Of a DNA stretch of 64,000 bases, positions 39,864-54,662 are shown in pieces (position 1 is the first letter of the stretch; every line of letters starts with the position of its first letter). A program made the translations under genes and the position numbers. The notes under the pieces are model-generated. The model saw nothing but the letters and a program-made list of their open reading frames with translations, was not told the origin of the DNA and made no database searches. Origin of the DNA: Camelus ferus (taxonomy: Eukaryota); assembly GCF_009834535.1 (NCBI RefSeq), contig NC_045696.1, forward strand, positions 32,552,001 to 32,616,000, in the 5' to 3' direction.

Positions 39864-42366
39864 TTAGAACTAAACTATTTTAAAAAAAACCCCAAACATT
39901 AGAACATTAAAAATAAGTGTTACAAAAAGGTTCACTCCCTAGCTCTAGGAATGACCATCTATAAACTCTATCCTCGACAGGTATGACACAGATTATTCAC
40001 ACAGCTATTTTATCAGAAAAGCACCAGAGTATTTGTTCTGAGTAAAAAGGAAATCTGTGCTATATGTTATAATAAATGGTAAATAGGTAGTAAATCGATG
40101 TACTGTGTATACTTCAAAATTAATACTATCTGTGTTCTAAGGTGATACTGTATTATCTTTGAGACCTCAGTAAATGAAATTTTTTTAAAAAAATGAATGA
40201 CAGAAATTAAATATGGTTCAAAAGAGGTTTATCCTTTTAAAAATCAGTGTTACATACAGAGGTACAGGAATGAGAAATTTTCATCTTTTTGTTGAAATAT
40301 GCATCTAAATTAAAGGGCATATAGGATTTTAAAATTTGATTTGCTTTCAAATTGACATGAGTTTATGCTAACTGTGCTTGTCTTTAAAAACATAATTCAA
40401 ATCATTGTATTACTTAACTTAAAATCTAGTGATTTTATTGAAAAAAAAATAGTATAAATATGTCACTACTTCCCCTGGGTTTTTAATGTAAAGTAAAATG
40501 TGGAGTTAGGACACATCATTCCAGTATAATAATCATACCAATTATAGGAATATTAAACACAAAAAATTGTTTTATAGGTAGTTTAACCTACACTTAATGT
40601 GTGTGATCATGGACTTGAATAGTTGCTAGTTGATGCTTTTCAACAATTTAAAGTAACCCATATTGCTTCCATCACACTCCTTGTCTCTTGCTTGGTATTT
40701 ACATTCAAGCTAACATTTTTCCCACAAGATCTTAGATGCGGTTATTCTTGATTTAAAATAACTACCTTGGTCAGGATACTGACAAAATATGACAAGAACA
40801 GGAGGATGGAGTGTCTAGTAGTATTTGTCTTTCAATGTGATTCAAATTTATTTAATTTAAATATACTTTGTATAACCAAAAGTAATTACGTTGCAGGAAG
40901 ATATACATGAAAGGAAATGAATCTTACTTTGAAATTTGGTGTTATTTTGATTTGTACCCTGAGTCTATATTATACTTTTAAATGTTTGTTAGAAAAAAAG
41001 TAGTAAATTTTTTGAAGCATAGAAGTACTTTATGACTTACTGTTGAATATACCTTCATATTGTCATTTGTCTCACAAGATATTTTAAATCAAATCTCCAA
41101 AGTTACATGTAGGAGAGGTTTCATATACTGTCATTTTAGTTATTCTTCATTAATTACAACAAAAAAAGTATATATACCTAGTTATAAATCAGATTTTAAT
41201 GTTCATTTCAGAAATTGGAAATATATTTTAAATATTTTTGCATTTAAAATATTTATTTTTAATATTTAAATAACTAAAGATTTAATGTATTTACATACAT
41301 ACAGATTTTTGTATTTAACTAAAACCAGAGTAAGCCCTAAAATTTAAAGAATGGGTATTGTCCATATATCACATATAGAAGTGTGTTGTGTTTATATATT
41401 TAAACGTATATCCTTAACAATATACTATAACCTTTTAAATGTTTATAGATTTACCTTAAGAAGTGTTACTATTCAGAATATTTTAAGGTAAATTTAAAAT
41501 CTAAGCAATGTAAGTGAGTTATAAAATTTCATGCAGTTTACAATGGTAGCAGTGATTATTTGTATCTTGAATCTTATCTCAAAACAGCATTTTAATGTTC
41601 ATGAAGTCAGTTGAGAGAGAGCACAGATTGCTCTAGGTCAGTAAAGAAACTATTTCACAATTGTAGCTCTCTCTGAATAGCTTTGTATTCTCTCATTAAG
41701 AACAACAGTACAGAAAATCATTTACTGCTCATTTTACAAGGCACATAATATCCTGTGCATGCTTAGGCAGCTATATGGTGATTTACAAATCAGGACAGGC
41801 ATCAAAATTACTGAGCTTAGAAAATAATTCACAGTGTCAATGTGAATAAATTTTTAGATTTTAACAATATATTTAGCCCAATAAAATAAGATTCTTTATT
41901 CATGAACGAATTTGAAAGGTATTCAAGCAGGACTCCTAAACCATTTACTCTGAATTATTGTTTTTATTATTTTAATACCATTTCCATGTCACTTTGTGGT
42001 AACCTTGTGATTGCATAACAAAAACTAGAAAAAGAGATCAGTGCAGGGCAGGATGAAGAGTTATAAATCAACAAGGGCATTTTTTTGCCTTTTAAAGAAG
42101 GTAGGGGAAATTTCTGTTACAGTTGCTTTAATGCCTTGAGATTTCATATAAAAATGAGCTTAGGTGATAATTTTTTTTAAAAATTGAATTAAAAACAGCA
42201 TACAAATCTATACACACATATATGTATGTTTTTGTGTGTGTATATATACTTAACTGCAACTAAGATGAAAATTATCTCTGCTACTTATGAATTTGGAGAG
42301 AACAAGGAGATCAGAGAAATGATATAGGAATTAAAATAAACAACCATTATTGAAATAGTAGATTAT

Positions 42367-42510
42367 GGGAGGGAGGGTACAGCTCAGTGGTCGTGCATGC
42401 TTAGCATGCACAAGGTCCTTGGTTCAATCTCCATTACCTCTGTTACATAATAACAAAATAAAGAAATAAAGCTAATTACCTTCCCCCTAAATTTTTTTTT
42501 TTAAAAAACA
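42367..42510 (+). mobile_element. tRNA-Ala-derived SINE (camelid Vic-1 type), older copy
   Basis: GGGAGGGTACAGCTCAGTGG..GCATGCTTAGCATGCACAAGGTCCTTGGTTCAATCTCC, A-rich stretch, then CTAATTACCTTCCCCC. Confidence 0.85.
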
Positions 42511-43036
42511 CTGAAAACATAAATTTCCAATTTTTCAAAAAAATGGAAAAGCTTAAGTTACTATTTAACCTATTGCTTTTATTTAAATCTTTCCATTTAT
42601 GAAAAGGATTTTCTTAGCAAAACCAAAGATAATTAAATATAATGATCACTAGCGTATGACTCAATTTGTGGTTCTGTTTAAGAATTAAAAAGAAAATGCA
42701 TCCCTCTCTACAGTTTTAATAAGAGTGTAAGATTATACACACAACTAAAGTATTCCATTGCAACAATATTTTCTACTTTTGTGTTGAATGTATCGATGCA
42801 CAAAATGATTCACTTAGTGGTAGGAAAGAAAAAAGCCACAAATAAACATATACTCATTTTGCTACTTGTAGGCATTTGAGAACACTTAAATCTATTGAGT
42901 CCATTTCTCATCCTTTATCCCATGTTCCTTGACAACATGACTTGGTCTTTCATAAGAAATTATTTCACTACTGTTATGATGATAATAGTAGGTGTTATTC
43001 AAAATTCAATTTCATGTTTAATCCAATAGACATAAA

Positions 43037-43083
43037 TCTATATTTGTAAACACAAAGCCAGTCTTCGTGTTTACAAATATAGA
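43037..43083. repeat. Perfect 17-bp inverted repeat with a 13-nt spacer
   Basis: TCTATATTTGTAAACAC (43037-43053) and GTGTTTACAAATATAGA (43067-43083). Confidence 0.95.
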
Positions 43084-45879
43084 CAAAGCATTTGAAGACT
43101 AAGAAAAAAGGAGCAGAGGGCATGCTTTCAGGTACTTCTCATATTTACTTGTCTGCTCATAAAACCAGTCTTAATTGTACCTTAGGAATGCAGACCGCAA
43201 GTACTTTCCTGATGTGCCTATAGGGCATGTGAGAAGGGGAGGGAGGAATCCTTGTGTTCGCTTTGTTTCTCAATTCCACAGCATTTTATTAGAAATTTGC
43301 TAGTACTCATGTGCTGCTCATTAGATAGAATCAAATTGTTATGAGAAATGTATATATATGTCTGGAGGAAGAAGCCTCACTCTATTACTTTGCATTTAAA
43401 TTTTGTACCTTAAGTTAAAGCTGGATTAATTTTATGGTTTGCAGCAAATAGTGGCTAAGTGACTCTATTTGGGGAATAAAAAAGAAATGGTATTAATGAT
43501 GTTGATTCTGCCATATAAAATCTGGAATGCATTTTCTTCTCAAAATGGCTTTCAAAACATCTACCAGTGTACTTAATATTATGGTGCTTTTTTCTTACTG
43601 GACTCAATTTATAGATATATAATAAGTTAATTCAGAATTCTGCAGACTTTAAATTTATGGTTCTGTTAATGCCATCAATTTTACAAAGGAGTATTTTCTA
43701 TAATATCTTCTATGTAAATATGTGAATATTTGTACATTTTATACTTGCAGCTACTTATAATAATAACTTGAGTTTTTCTAACCAAGGCTTAAGTATCCAT
43801 TTTTTCTACTTTTCAGTTAGAAGTGTTGTCTGAAAAGCTATCCCAATATTTAGTATGTATGAGGTCCCATGCAGGGTACAGATGGCATCTTAACCCCATC
43901 CATATGTTTAAAGCATCTCCTTCATTTGGAAGTCTTACAGGCACCAAAACAATCATGGAAAGAAGTGGTCTTTAAATTTCAATTTTATCAAAATAAACCA
44001 GATCTCCTGTGTCTAAAACCTTTGCCAAGAATGAATTTTCTTCAGCAGACAGTAAGCCAAACCCATTTTTAAAGGCCAAGGAAAAGACTGATAAGTATGC
44101 ATTAGATTATATGAGAGTTAAATTGAATTATCTTTGTTTTGGTTGTGCTATTTTTATTTATGCATACACTCTCTTGAGTATTATAAAATAACTTTCAAAT
44201 AGCTTGTGTCTGTTTCTGAGAACTTTTGGATTTTACTCTCTTTATTTGATTATTTGTTATGCTGTTATATAGTATATATCATAAACATGTAATAGCATAT
44301 AAATATATAATGCATTACCTATTATAAACATAATAACATGTAAGCATACTATATATTGCATGTTATAAACATGTTCATGAAAATATCTGAGATAAATACG
44401 TACTAAATGTAAGCATATATATATACATATACATCAGTATTTTATCAAAATCTTAATTAGTAATAGTTTTAATATGTAAAAGTAATTTGTTTTTTAGATT
44501 TTGTTTTTATATATGAGGAGGCATCTACTTTGATAAACCTAATATTATGTGCATTTTCCTAGTCAAGATCTAAGTGGAAATGACCTATATTAATAGGTTT
44601 CCATTTTATCAGAATACAGTCTATGTTTAATAGTGACATGAACTGTCAATGATTTATTAAGCTCCTAAATTAACATATATTAACACACTCATAAGCCACA
44701 GTTATTTCCATAGACTGAAGTTGGGTGGAGCATTTTATAGTAAATGTGGTTTTAGCTGAGTTTCTCTTCTCTTAGTGGGATCATTAAGCATTCAGAACAC
44801 ACAAATAACTTTTTAGAAAATTATTTTTGTTTCCTGAGCTGTAATTCTACAACAATTCAAACTTCATATGATTTTGAAAACAGGTTAAGATTTGCTGAGA
44901 GATGGGTAGAGGGAATCTCCATTCAGTGATGACAATTTTTTGAATGATATAACTCAAAGAGAAAATTTAAGGAGTGAAGGAATTTTCAGATTAGAATTTT
45001 GCATCTAAGAAAAATTTTGCCCCAAGCACCTCCTAATAAGCCTCCCTAAAGAAATTGAGGTAAACATGCCCATGTTGACCACTGAAGTGTCTTGGAAAGG
45101 AAAGGAGTTAGTTGAGTCCTAGTTCCAGTTTGGAGACTTAACTTACGCCTCTGCTAGTTCTAAAATGAATAAAAGTAATTGTTTATGGTATAGGAAAATG
45201 TAGAAGAAAGCTTATAGAAAAAAAATTATTCCTGGGAATGTGTTCACTCTTTCCATGAGACATTCCTACATGCCCGCGGTGGCTTTCAAAGCTAAACTGG
45301 TGAAGCATGAGGGGATTACAGTTTTATCAACAGCCTGATGCTGCACCAGCAGCAGGTGCACTGGCTGCATGACCAGCAAGGCCACTGGTGCCACAGAACC
45401 TGAGTCTCTGACCGTAGTCACTCTGTGTTAACACCATTATTGATGGCTATCCAGGCAAGATAGCAGTTGCCAAGGAATGAGCTGAAGTACTAGATGTTGC
45501 TTTAAAAACATAGAGGAAAGAAAGAATGAATTAAAAAAAAAAAGACCCGGATTCAAGCGCTTGGCTCATTTCTTATATTACGACTGCCAAATGTAGCCAA
45601 AGCAGCCGTGAGAGCTGCTGCCACTCCAGAGGCAGACACGCCGCGTGGAGGAAGTTGGAAAGACTGAAAAGTCAACGCTGAAACTGAAAGCAAAGTGCCA
45701 GTTCAGATGCTGAATTGTGCAAGAACAGGATGTTTTCCTTTCCTTTTTTCACAATGAGGCATTTCTTTTACTCCCTCCTGTTTTGATCAAAGACCAATAT
45801 TCTCAACTCTCAGTCACCAAATTGCTATGGTTTTGCTACGTGTTTATATTTTGCTACATGTTTATACAGTACTTCTTGG

Positions 45880-46410
45880 TGTATATGCTTATTAACATAG
45901 ATTTACTCAAAAAATAATTAAACATTAGAACGTATGGTAAATAGAATGGCAGTCACTCATGAACTCAGGCCCAAACATCAAATGCGAATATTTTGCCATA
46001 TTTTACTCAGGTTTTAAAAATGAAATAAGCTGAGTGATATCCCTGCCATATGTATCTTTGAATTTTATACATTAATATGTTCTCATGTTAATATAAATTA
46101 TTTATTTGAAAATGTATATTATTGATTTTGTTCTCCGTACTGTACCCCTTGCCTAGAATAAGAGCTTCTGCATAAAAGATTCTCCAAAAGGGAATCAAAA
46201 TTTTTGATTGAATGAGTGCTAATGCACTGATAAATTATCCCTTTGCAATTTTCTGTTTCATTCAGTAAAATGTTTTTGATATTTATTCATGTTCAGGCTC
46301 TTCAGGTGTTAGGTAGTAATCCAGTGTGTGACTATACAGCGGTTTATTTAGTCACCCTAATGTCCATTTAGAATGGTTCTATTTTTTCTTTTCTTTTTTT
46401 TTTTTTAATA
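45880..46410 (-). mobile_element. Ancient L1M(C/E)-like fragment
   Basis: TGTTTTTGATATTTATTCATGTT..CCAGTGTGTGACTATACAGCGGTTTATTTAGTCA..CATTTAGAATGGTTCTATTTTTT resembles the degraded 3' region of old L1. Confidence 0.45.
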
Positions 46411-47269
46411 TGTCAAATAGTATCCAATAATCTTTAAGTCAAAATTCCAAATTAAGGTGACCGTCAGTACGTTGATGCCGTGTTTAATATGTGCAGTGTT
46501 TCTTGCTCAATTAGAAGACGTTAAATTTCTTGGAATAATAAATGTTACTCCATTTTCATCATTATTGCCAATAATGTCATTCAATAAAGGTTAAATGGAT
46601 TTCTTAGGTAAAGAAACTCTCACTTAAAAAAAAAAAAACTTCAGAGGACATATAATTTCAGTCTCCTAGGGGAATACATATTTCCTGATTTGATCCTCCA
46701 TAATAATAAGACCTTGACTTACATAAAGTTGTTTAGGAGTTCAAAACAAGAGGAAGTCTGATGTTTTTGAATACCTTCATCTCAGTGCTTACAAGCAGCA
46801 TTGGAGATACATCCATGAACAAAACCATCTGTTCATCTTTTCATTCATTCATTCAGTAAAAATATTTTATTCCTGTCCTTTTTAGTGTTGAATGCTAAAA
46901 TGTTAAAGGCAAATAATATATTTTAATTTTAATTTTTTTCTAATTTTAATTTTTCTAATTTAAGACTCAAATTTACAAAATATCTTGCTTCCACTTACTA
47001 TGTCAGCTTTATAATTTTAAAGTGGCATTTCTTGATTATAAGCAGGAAGTAAGCAAGAAAGAATAAAACCATTTGGTAAGGAGGTGATAATAATAATCAG
47101 GAAAATTCTGAAGATAATTTTGCAAAATACTTCAGATTATAGGTGAAAAAACAGGTTCAGTGAGACCAAAAACATCCCCATAAATGTATTTCAACCTTAG
47201 TACTTGAAGCTGGGTAGTGTTCACTATGCACAGATGAATTTTTGGCTTAAATACTGTAGATGCTTTGGG

Positions 47270-47440
47270 AAGGAGCATGGAATCCAAACATCTAGATGTG
47301 AGTCTGACTACTGGTCTTATGAACCTTCTCATAACTGTTAACTATGAAATCAAAACAATAATACCTACTTCAACTCAGAAGACATGCATAAAGTATTTAG
47401 TGTAATTCCTAACACATGGTAGAAACGTAACAATTGCTAG
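47270..47440 (+). mobile_element. MIR relic
   Basis: AATAATACCTACTTCA..CATAAAGTATTTAGTGTAATTCCTAACACATGGTAG. Confidence 0.55.
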
Positions 47441-49329
47441 CTCCCTTTTTATTAATTTCCATATTTTACAGCCTGTTCTAAAATATGCATGCACTCCTCT
47501 TTTTCCTCTATTCACCCCCACCCCGGGACTAAATGGGTAACAAATGCACAAAACAGACACTAAAATGTGGTTGCTATACTTTGTTCTTGTTACACTACTT
47601 TTACCCTTGCCCAAATCCTAGAAACTTGTCCACATGTAAATATGCCACAGTCTCCATTTTATTCTTCATTGAGAAGTTATGTAATGTGGAGAAATACTTA
47701 ATTTGTGACTTAATAACATTAATTCTAAGAAAGTTATTGTACAAGAAAGGCAATGATGTCCTTACAGTTTATAGTCAAGATTCCTTGAAATGTGAACACA
47801 GCACTGAACTGAAACATTTGGTTTCTGTCGTCTTGCTCAATTTATAAACTGAAACTGGTGCTACAATATCACACAGGAAAATAAGATTTTTATTTATTAG
47901 AAAATTATTAGACAACACAACTGTGCCAGAATGTTGAAAGCACCAAGCAAATGAACTTAATAAATTATTAAAAACATGAAATTCTACTGGGATTAAGAGG
48001 AGGACAGTATCACATAAAATTCATTCAAACAGGAGCAAACCTGGCAGGATACCTGCAATAAAACCTGCTCATAGTAATACTGATTTTCAGGAGTTGAGTC
48101 AGAAGACTAGGCTGAAAATTTGATAATGAAATCAAAAACCTACCTACCCACACCACAATTGTAGATCTTTTATGGCTTAGAAAATGATTCCAAATATTGG
48201 AAAAACAGAATTTTTATGGAGGAAAAACAATTTCGTTAAAACAGGAGACCCAAACTAAACTGTTCAATTGATGTTACTCAGTTATGAGACAGAAAATACA
48301 AGGAAGAGAAACACTGGAGTTTCCTAAAGATATGAAATTGTGCATTCCAAAAATATTTATTTTCATACAACATTTTGAGAATGAAGCCGCATCTTTAAAA
48401 TCTGTATTTAGCTGCAATTAAACTAAAAATAGTAAATACTTCAAAGCAAGGCATGACAAATTTCAGTTAGTCAAAGTAAAATTGTAATAAGACTGAAATA
48501 GGACTGTAATAGGACTAATTTTTTGCATCACTAATAATATGTGATCTATTATATTTTAATACTTCAATCATAGTGTATTAGGTGTTTCAAGATACGAGGA
48601 AAGCCAGTAGTTTTGTTTCTCCTTAGAGAAACAAACTGTCAGCAAAATAGCTTTTTAATTTTTGTTTTGAAGAGTAGGGTAGATAAGCGCCATTTTCAAC
48701 TCTCTTGATGTCTGTGTACAGGCCAGCATGACTCCTTGAACGAAACCTCAGATTTATATAGGACCACTGGAAGTCACTAAGGGGTTCTAAGGGCAATTCT
48801 CATTTTCCTGGGAACTTAAAAAAGAGAACAGATTTCCAAGGCTTTGAGTCAAGATTTCTGTTTACTTATGGAGCCACAGAGGACAGAGGCAACTGGAAAT
48901 GAAGCAAGTGACTAAAATCTCCCCCATTAATTACTGATCCCAAAGGACTGTCATACGTGATGATTGCAGTGGTGCCACAGATGTCAGGAATCACAGAACA
49001 GGGGCCTCCCTGATTATTGTGACCACGCTTCCCTTACTGACAGAACCAGTATCTTAAATGAGCAGAGCTGTTTAGTATTCATTCAAGTCTTTAATTTGTC
49101 CAAGAATATTTTAACAAAGTCCGCCCCTGAATTCCTTTAGCAACATTTAGTCTTTTCAGTTGCTTGTTTTGCCTTTATGATAAGATTGTTAATAATTTCA
49201 GGGCTGGATATGTCTTTAGTCTCTATGCACATTACTGCTTAGCATGATTTTGAAAACTTAGTTGTTCAACACTATTAGGTGAAATTTGCATGTAAATAAT
49301 GTCGAAAGTCTATTGTATTCTCTTTCTTT

Positions 49330-49420
49330 TTTTGCATTTTTTATTGTAAATATATAGAACAATATTTAACATTTAATCATTTTAGGTGTGTAATTCTGTG
49401 GCATTAAGTACGATCACACT
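49330..49420 (-). mobile_element. Old L1 (L1MB-like) 3' terminal fragment
   Basis: TTTTATTGTAAATATATA..TTTAATCATTTTAGGTGTGTAATTCTGTGGCATTAAGTACGATCACA. Confidence 0.6.
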
Positions 49421-50342
49421 CTTAGGCATGCTCCCTTAAAGCAGTTGGAATTTAATGGTAATAATTATAGCATAAAAATCTTAGAGATGAGATATGCGTC
49501 AAGGAGATGAGAAGTCCCAGAGGAGAGTTTAGCCTGGATAGTCCCTTGGTCCTTCATATGAGAAGACTAAAGTTAACTGAGACAGCAAACATTCTTCAAC
49601 ATTGTGCAGTCCTGTCCCTATATCGATACTCCTATGAACTTTTTGCTTGATTTAAGAAGTTTATAGAATCTTTATTCTACACTTTAACTGCAAAATATTA
49701 GTAAGACGTGATGAATTTATCTTCAGAACATCAAATCATGTATTTATATACATGTGTTCATTGGAAATAATTTTAATATGCATGCTTATATGTTTTTCTT
49801 AAACCAGGAAAATATATTGGTGGATCTTTAAAAATACCTGCATGTAAATACTTAGATATTATAAATTGCAGGAAAGGAGGATCAAAATATATGAGGTGTA
49901 CTGATGTACTAATTCATGATTGGAAAATGAAAACTACCCTAGCATGGTAAGAAACAACTCACCTAAGACATACTTGTCTTATTTCTAAATGTGAACTTCG
50001 AACTTTGTGAAGTACATATGTTGAATAGTTATTCTGCTGAAGAGTACTGAAATGTAATATAAAAAAGTACTTAAATATTCTATAAGGATGCAAGATATAC
50101 AGCCCAAAGTTTCACATACATGTAGACCTAATTTATGCCAATCAGGGCACATCTGGCAATTTTAGGAGCCAGACAAGGATTCACTAGCCATTATGCACAA
50201 AACAGTTAACTGGGTTATGGTGCTTTTAATTGCAGATGGTATCATGCCATCTTATTCATACTTCATGGAGTTCTTATGTTTATGCTCATTGAATAGCACA
50301 GTTTATAATTGCTTATAGAGTTGTTTAATTTCCATTTCATTT

Positions 50343-51326
<984 letters not shown>

Positions 51327-52010
51327 CTATAAGTGAAACAATTGTTCATGTTTCTGCCAACCAGTTTGTCTAGGAAAAAAAATACTTTGAAATATAACTT
51401 GAAGCACATTTTAGGCTATTTGCATTAACTATCTTTAAGAAGGGTTTAGAGTATTTTAAGAGACTGACATTTAGAGTGCATAATCTTTCATGTAAGAAGT
51501 TTCATCTTTGTCTCCTGAGGCTTCTGTTTATATATGAAGAACACTGCAGTGTGACATTTGCTAATAGTGTCTGCTGCAGGAATGTTACATCTTCAGGGTA
51601 CCTTTTAGACTTATAAATTATGGCAATTATTAATGAAATAAATGAAACCATTTTAGAGCACAGAACTGTTTATTTTTAGTGTAAACTCATTGCATTTGAT
51701 GTATGCCAAATTTTCTACCCTAAAAAAGTTCTAAATTTAAGAAATATCCGTATCTCTTTGTGAATCATATCTATATTCTCCTTAAACAGAAAAAAAAGCA
51801 CATTTTAAATTACCACTTATTAGGTGTGCAAACTTGGAAAATATAACTCTTCTTAGCTCTAAGATAGGGATAATTAAAGTTAAATATTTTTTAGAATTAT
51901 TTTACATTTAAATAATTCCCCAAAACTTTCATCTTTTTTTTAAACTAATGCTTTTTTTTTTTTTTTTGGCTTAGGGATTCCAACTTGTTTATAAATAAGT
52001 ATTTGAATGT

Positions 52011-52512
52011 CCACAAAAATGTATAGTATGGAATATGATTCGATACTACTCAGCCATGAAAATAAAATCATGCCATTTGCTGCAACATGGATGGACCTGG
52101 TTATTGTCATTCTAAGTGAAGTAAACCAGAAAGAGAAAGAAAAATACTATATGATATAACTTATATGTGGAATCTCAAAAAAGACACAAATAAGCTTATT
52201 TACAAAACAGGAACAGAGTCACAGACATAGAAAACAAACTTATGGTAACCAGAGGGTAAAAGGATGGGAAAGGATAAATTGGGAGTTTGAGATGTGCAGA
52301 TACTAACTACTATATATAAAACAGATGAACAATAAATTTATACTGTATAGCACAGAGAACTGTACTCAATATCTTGTAGCAACCTATGATGAAAAAGAAT
52401 ATGAAAATGAATATATGTATGTATATGTATGACTGAAACACTATGCTGTACACCAGAAATCGATACGACATTGTAAACTGACTATACTTCAACTTAAAAA
52501 AAAAAAAAAAAA
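52011..52512 (+). mobile_element. 5'-truncated L1 (ORF2 end, 3'UTR and A17 tail)
   Basis: ATGCCATTTGCTGCAACATGGATGGACCTGG..TCTAAGTGAAGTAAACCAGAAAGAGAAAG; poly(A) at 52496-52512. Confidence 0.9.
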
Positions 52513-53547
52513 GGAAGTGCTGGCTGGCTGTAGCCAACCATGTCTCTCCAAGTCTCACTTGAGTTGTATAATAATATTTGAATGCTAGTAACTCTCCAAT
52601 GCTTTTTAAAAAAATATTGCTTAATACTTCATATTGTTAACTAATCAGAATTATTGCTTGATAAAATATTCCAAATTTTAATTTTGCAAATGGCCAATAA
52701 ATCCTTAATATACATAGCAAAAAACTTTGCATTTAGTTCCAAGGATTTTTTTTAAAAACAGATTCTACATGAGTTCTCATCAAAACATTAGTAATAAGAA
52801 TACAAAACAAGAAATGATGCATTTTATTTAGATATTTCAAAGGCAGGTGATGAAGTTTCAGACTTAAAAACTAAGAACCAATTTACTAACCTATCTAATA
52901 CCCTTGAAGTATATTTTAAGTTATGAAAAAAAAAACTCTACGGTCTTTCACCCACAATAAAAATAATCTGTCCATTGAATGTATGCATGATTTCACCCTA
53001 ACAGTATATTTTAAGTCTTATTTAAACTAAGATCCAGACAATCTACAGGCAAGTGAAAAATAACTTAGGTAAAATGCAAGCAACTAGAAACATATTTTAA
53101 AATATCAACTACAGAAATGTAAAATTATAAAATAATAAGTAAATCTCAGAAGCATTGCTTTTCACTGTAGAAGTTGATTTGAACAATTATTTATTATATT
53201 TAGAGTTGAATGTATGTAACCTGATCTCCCTTATTTGGGTCAGTATGAACACATTTCTTCATTTCTCTTTAAATAAAACATTTATTTCTAGAAAATACTG
53301 AAAACTTATTAATAAATGAAACTATCTCATAGTAAGATACTGCTTTACATTATTTTTGTGTGTAATGATTGAGGAGAATATGGACTTTTAAAGTTCTTTC
53401 TAAAAGTGTTCTAATACTTAAGCAGGACAGTCAATTTACAGAATATATTATTCAGTTAATCCCAGCCTCAAACAAATAAAATGCCTTGTTGAGCACTGTT
53501 TCTGCTTTGAACCAAGACAGTGATCAGAAAAGTACTCTGCAAGCAGA

Positions 53548-53575
53548 GATTCAGCATGTGTGATTCAGCATGTGT
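53548..53575 (+). repeat. (GATTCAGCATGTGT)2 tandem duplication
   Basis: Read directly from the sequence. Confidence 0.9.
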
Positions 53576-53739
53576 GCTAGGCTGAGACTTTCTGTAACTA
53601 TCAGGCAATAGCGAGAATCAGATATAACATCACCTCACCTTAATAACTCAAAATTTGGAAAATCTATTCAGTGTATTAGAATTGAAATGTGTTGAATTTT
53701 TGTGTTTACTTCAGTTGAAGTAAGTGTTGTAAACTTCTG

Positions 53740-54662
53740 GTACTTTCAAGTGATCTATGCAGTATCATTTGATAAACTATTCCTTTTGATCACTGAGTAG
53801 TATTCCATGGTAAGAATATATATTACAGTGTGCTTAATCATTCAATCATTGAAGGATATCTGAAGTGTCTTTCTCTGTCAGAATTATTTCATTTAGCTTA
53901 ATACTCTCCAGGTTTGTCCATTTTGCTGCAAATGGCAATATTTCACTCTTTTTGTGGCTGAGTAATATTCCATTGTATGTGTTTACACACGCGCACACAC
54001 ACACACACACATCTTTATCCATTCATCTATTGATGGACACTTAGGTTGCTTCCATATCTTGGCTATTGTAAATAGTACTGCAGTGAACAAAATGGTACAT
54101 ATATCTTTTTAAATTAGTGTTTTTATTTTTTTCGATAAATACCCAGAAATAGAATTGCTATACTTTATACTTTATAATCCTATTTGTGTTTTTTTGAGAA
54201 ACCTCCATACTATTTTCTACAGTGGCTGCACAAATTTACATTCCTTCCAGCAGTGCATGAGGTTTCCCTTTTCCCCATGTCCTCACCAACACTTGTATCT
54301 TATCTTTTTGGTAACAGCCAGTCTGACAGTTGTGCTGTGTTATCTCATTGTGGTTTTGAGTTACATTTCCCTGATATTTAGTGACGTTGGGTACCTTTTC
54401 ATGTGTTTATTGGCCCACTGTATGTCGTCTTTGGAAAAATATTTAGTCAGGTCCTCTGCCCATTTTTAAATGAGGTTTTTTTTTGATAATGAATTACTTG
54501 AGTTCTTTTTGTATTTTGGATATCAGCCCCTTATTGGAAATATGTGCAAATATCTTCTTCTATTCAGTTGCCTTTTCATTTTGTCTGTGGTTTCCTTCAC
54601 TGTGAAAAAAGCTTCTTAGTCTGATTTAGTCCCATTTGTTTGCTTTTATTGCACTTACCTTG
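53740..54662 (-). mobile_element. Older L1 ORF2 3' fragments (an ancient piece at about 53740-53865 abutting a younger piece at 53866-54662)
   Basis: GCTGAGTAATATTCCATTGT..GATGGACACTTAGGTTGCTTCCATATCTTGGCTATTGTAAATAGT..CTCATTGTGGTTTTGA; homologous to 8520-9300. Confidence 0.85.

Noticed and set aside
51328..51560. Twin-priming inversion placing the rest of the SBDS 3'UTR to the right of the 5'UTR
   Set aside because: The sequence here does not resemble the SBDS 3'UTR as I recall it, and there is no matching tail/TSD. An alignment would be needed to exclude it fully.
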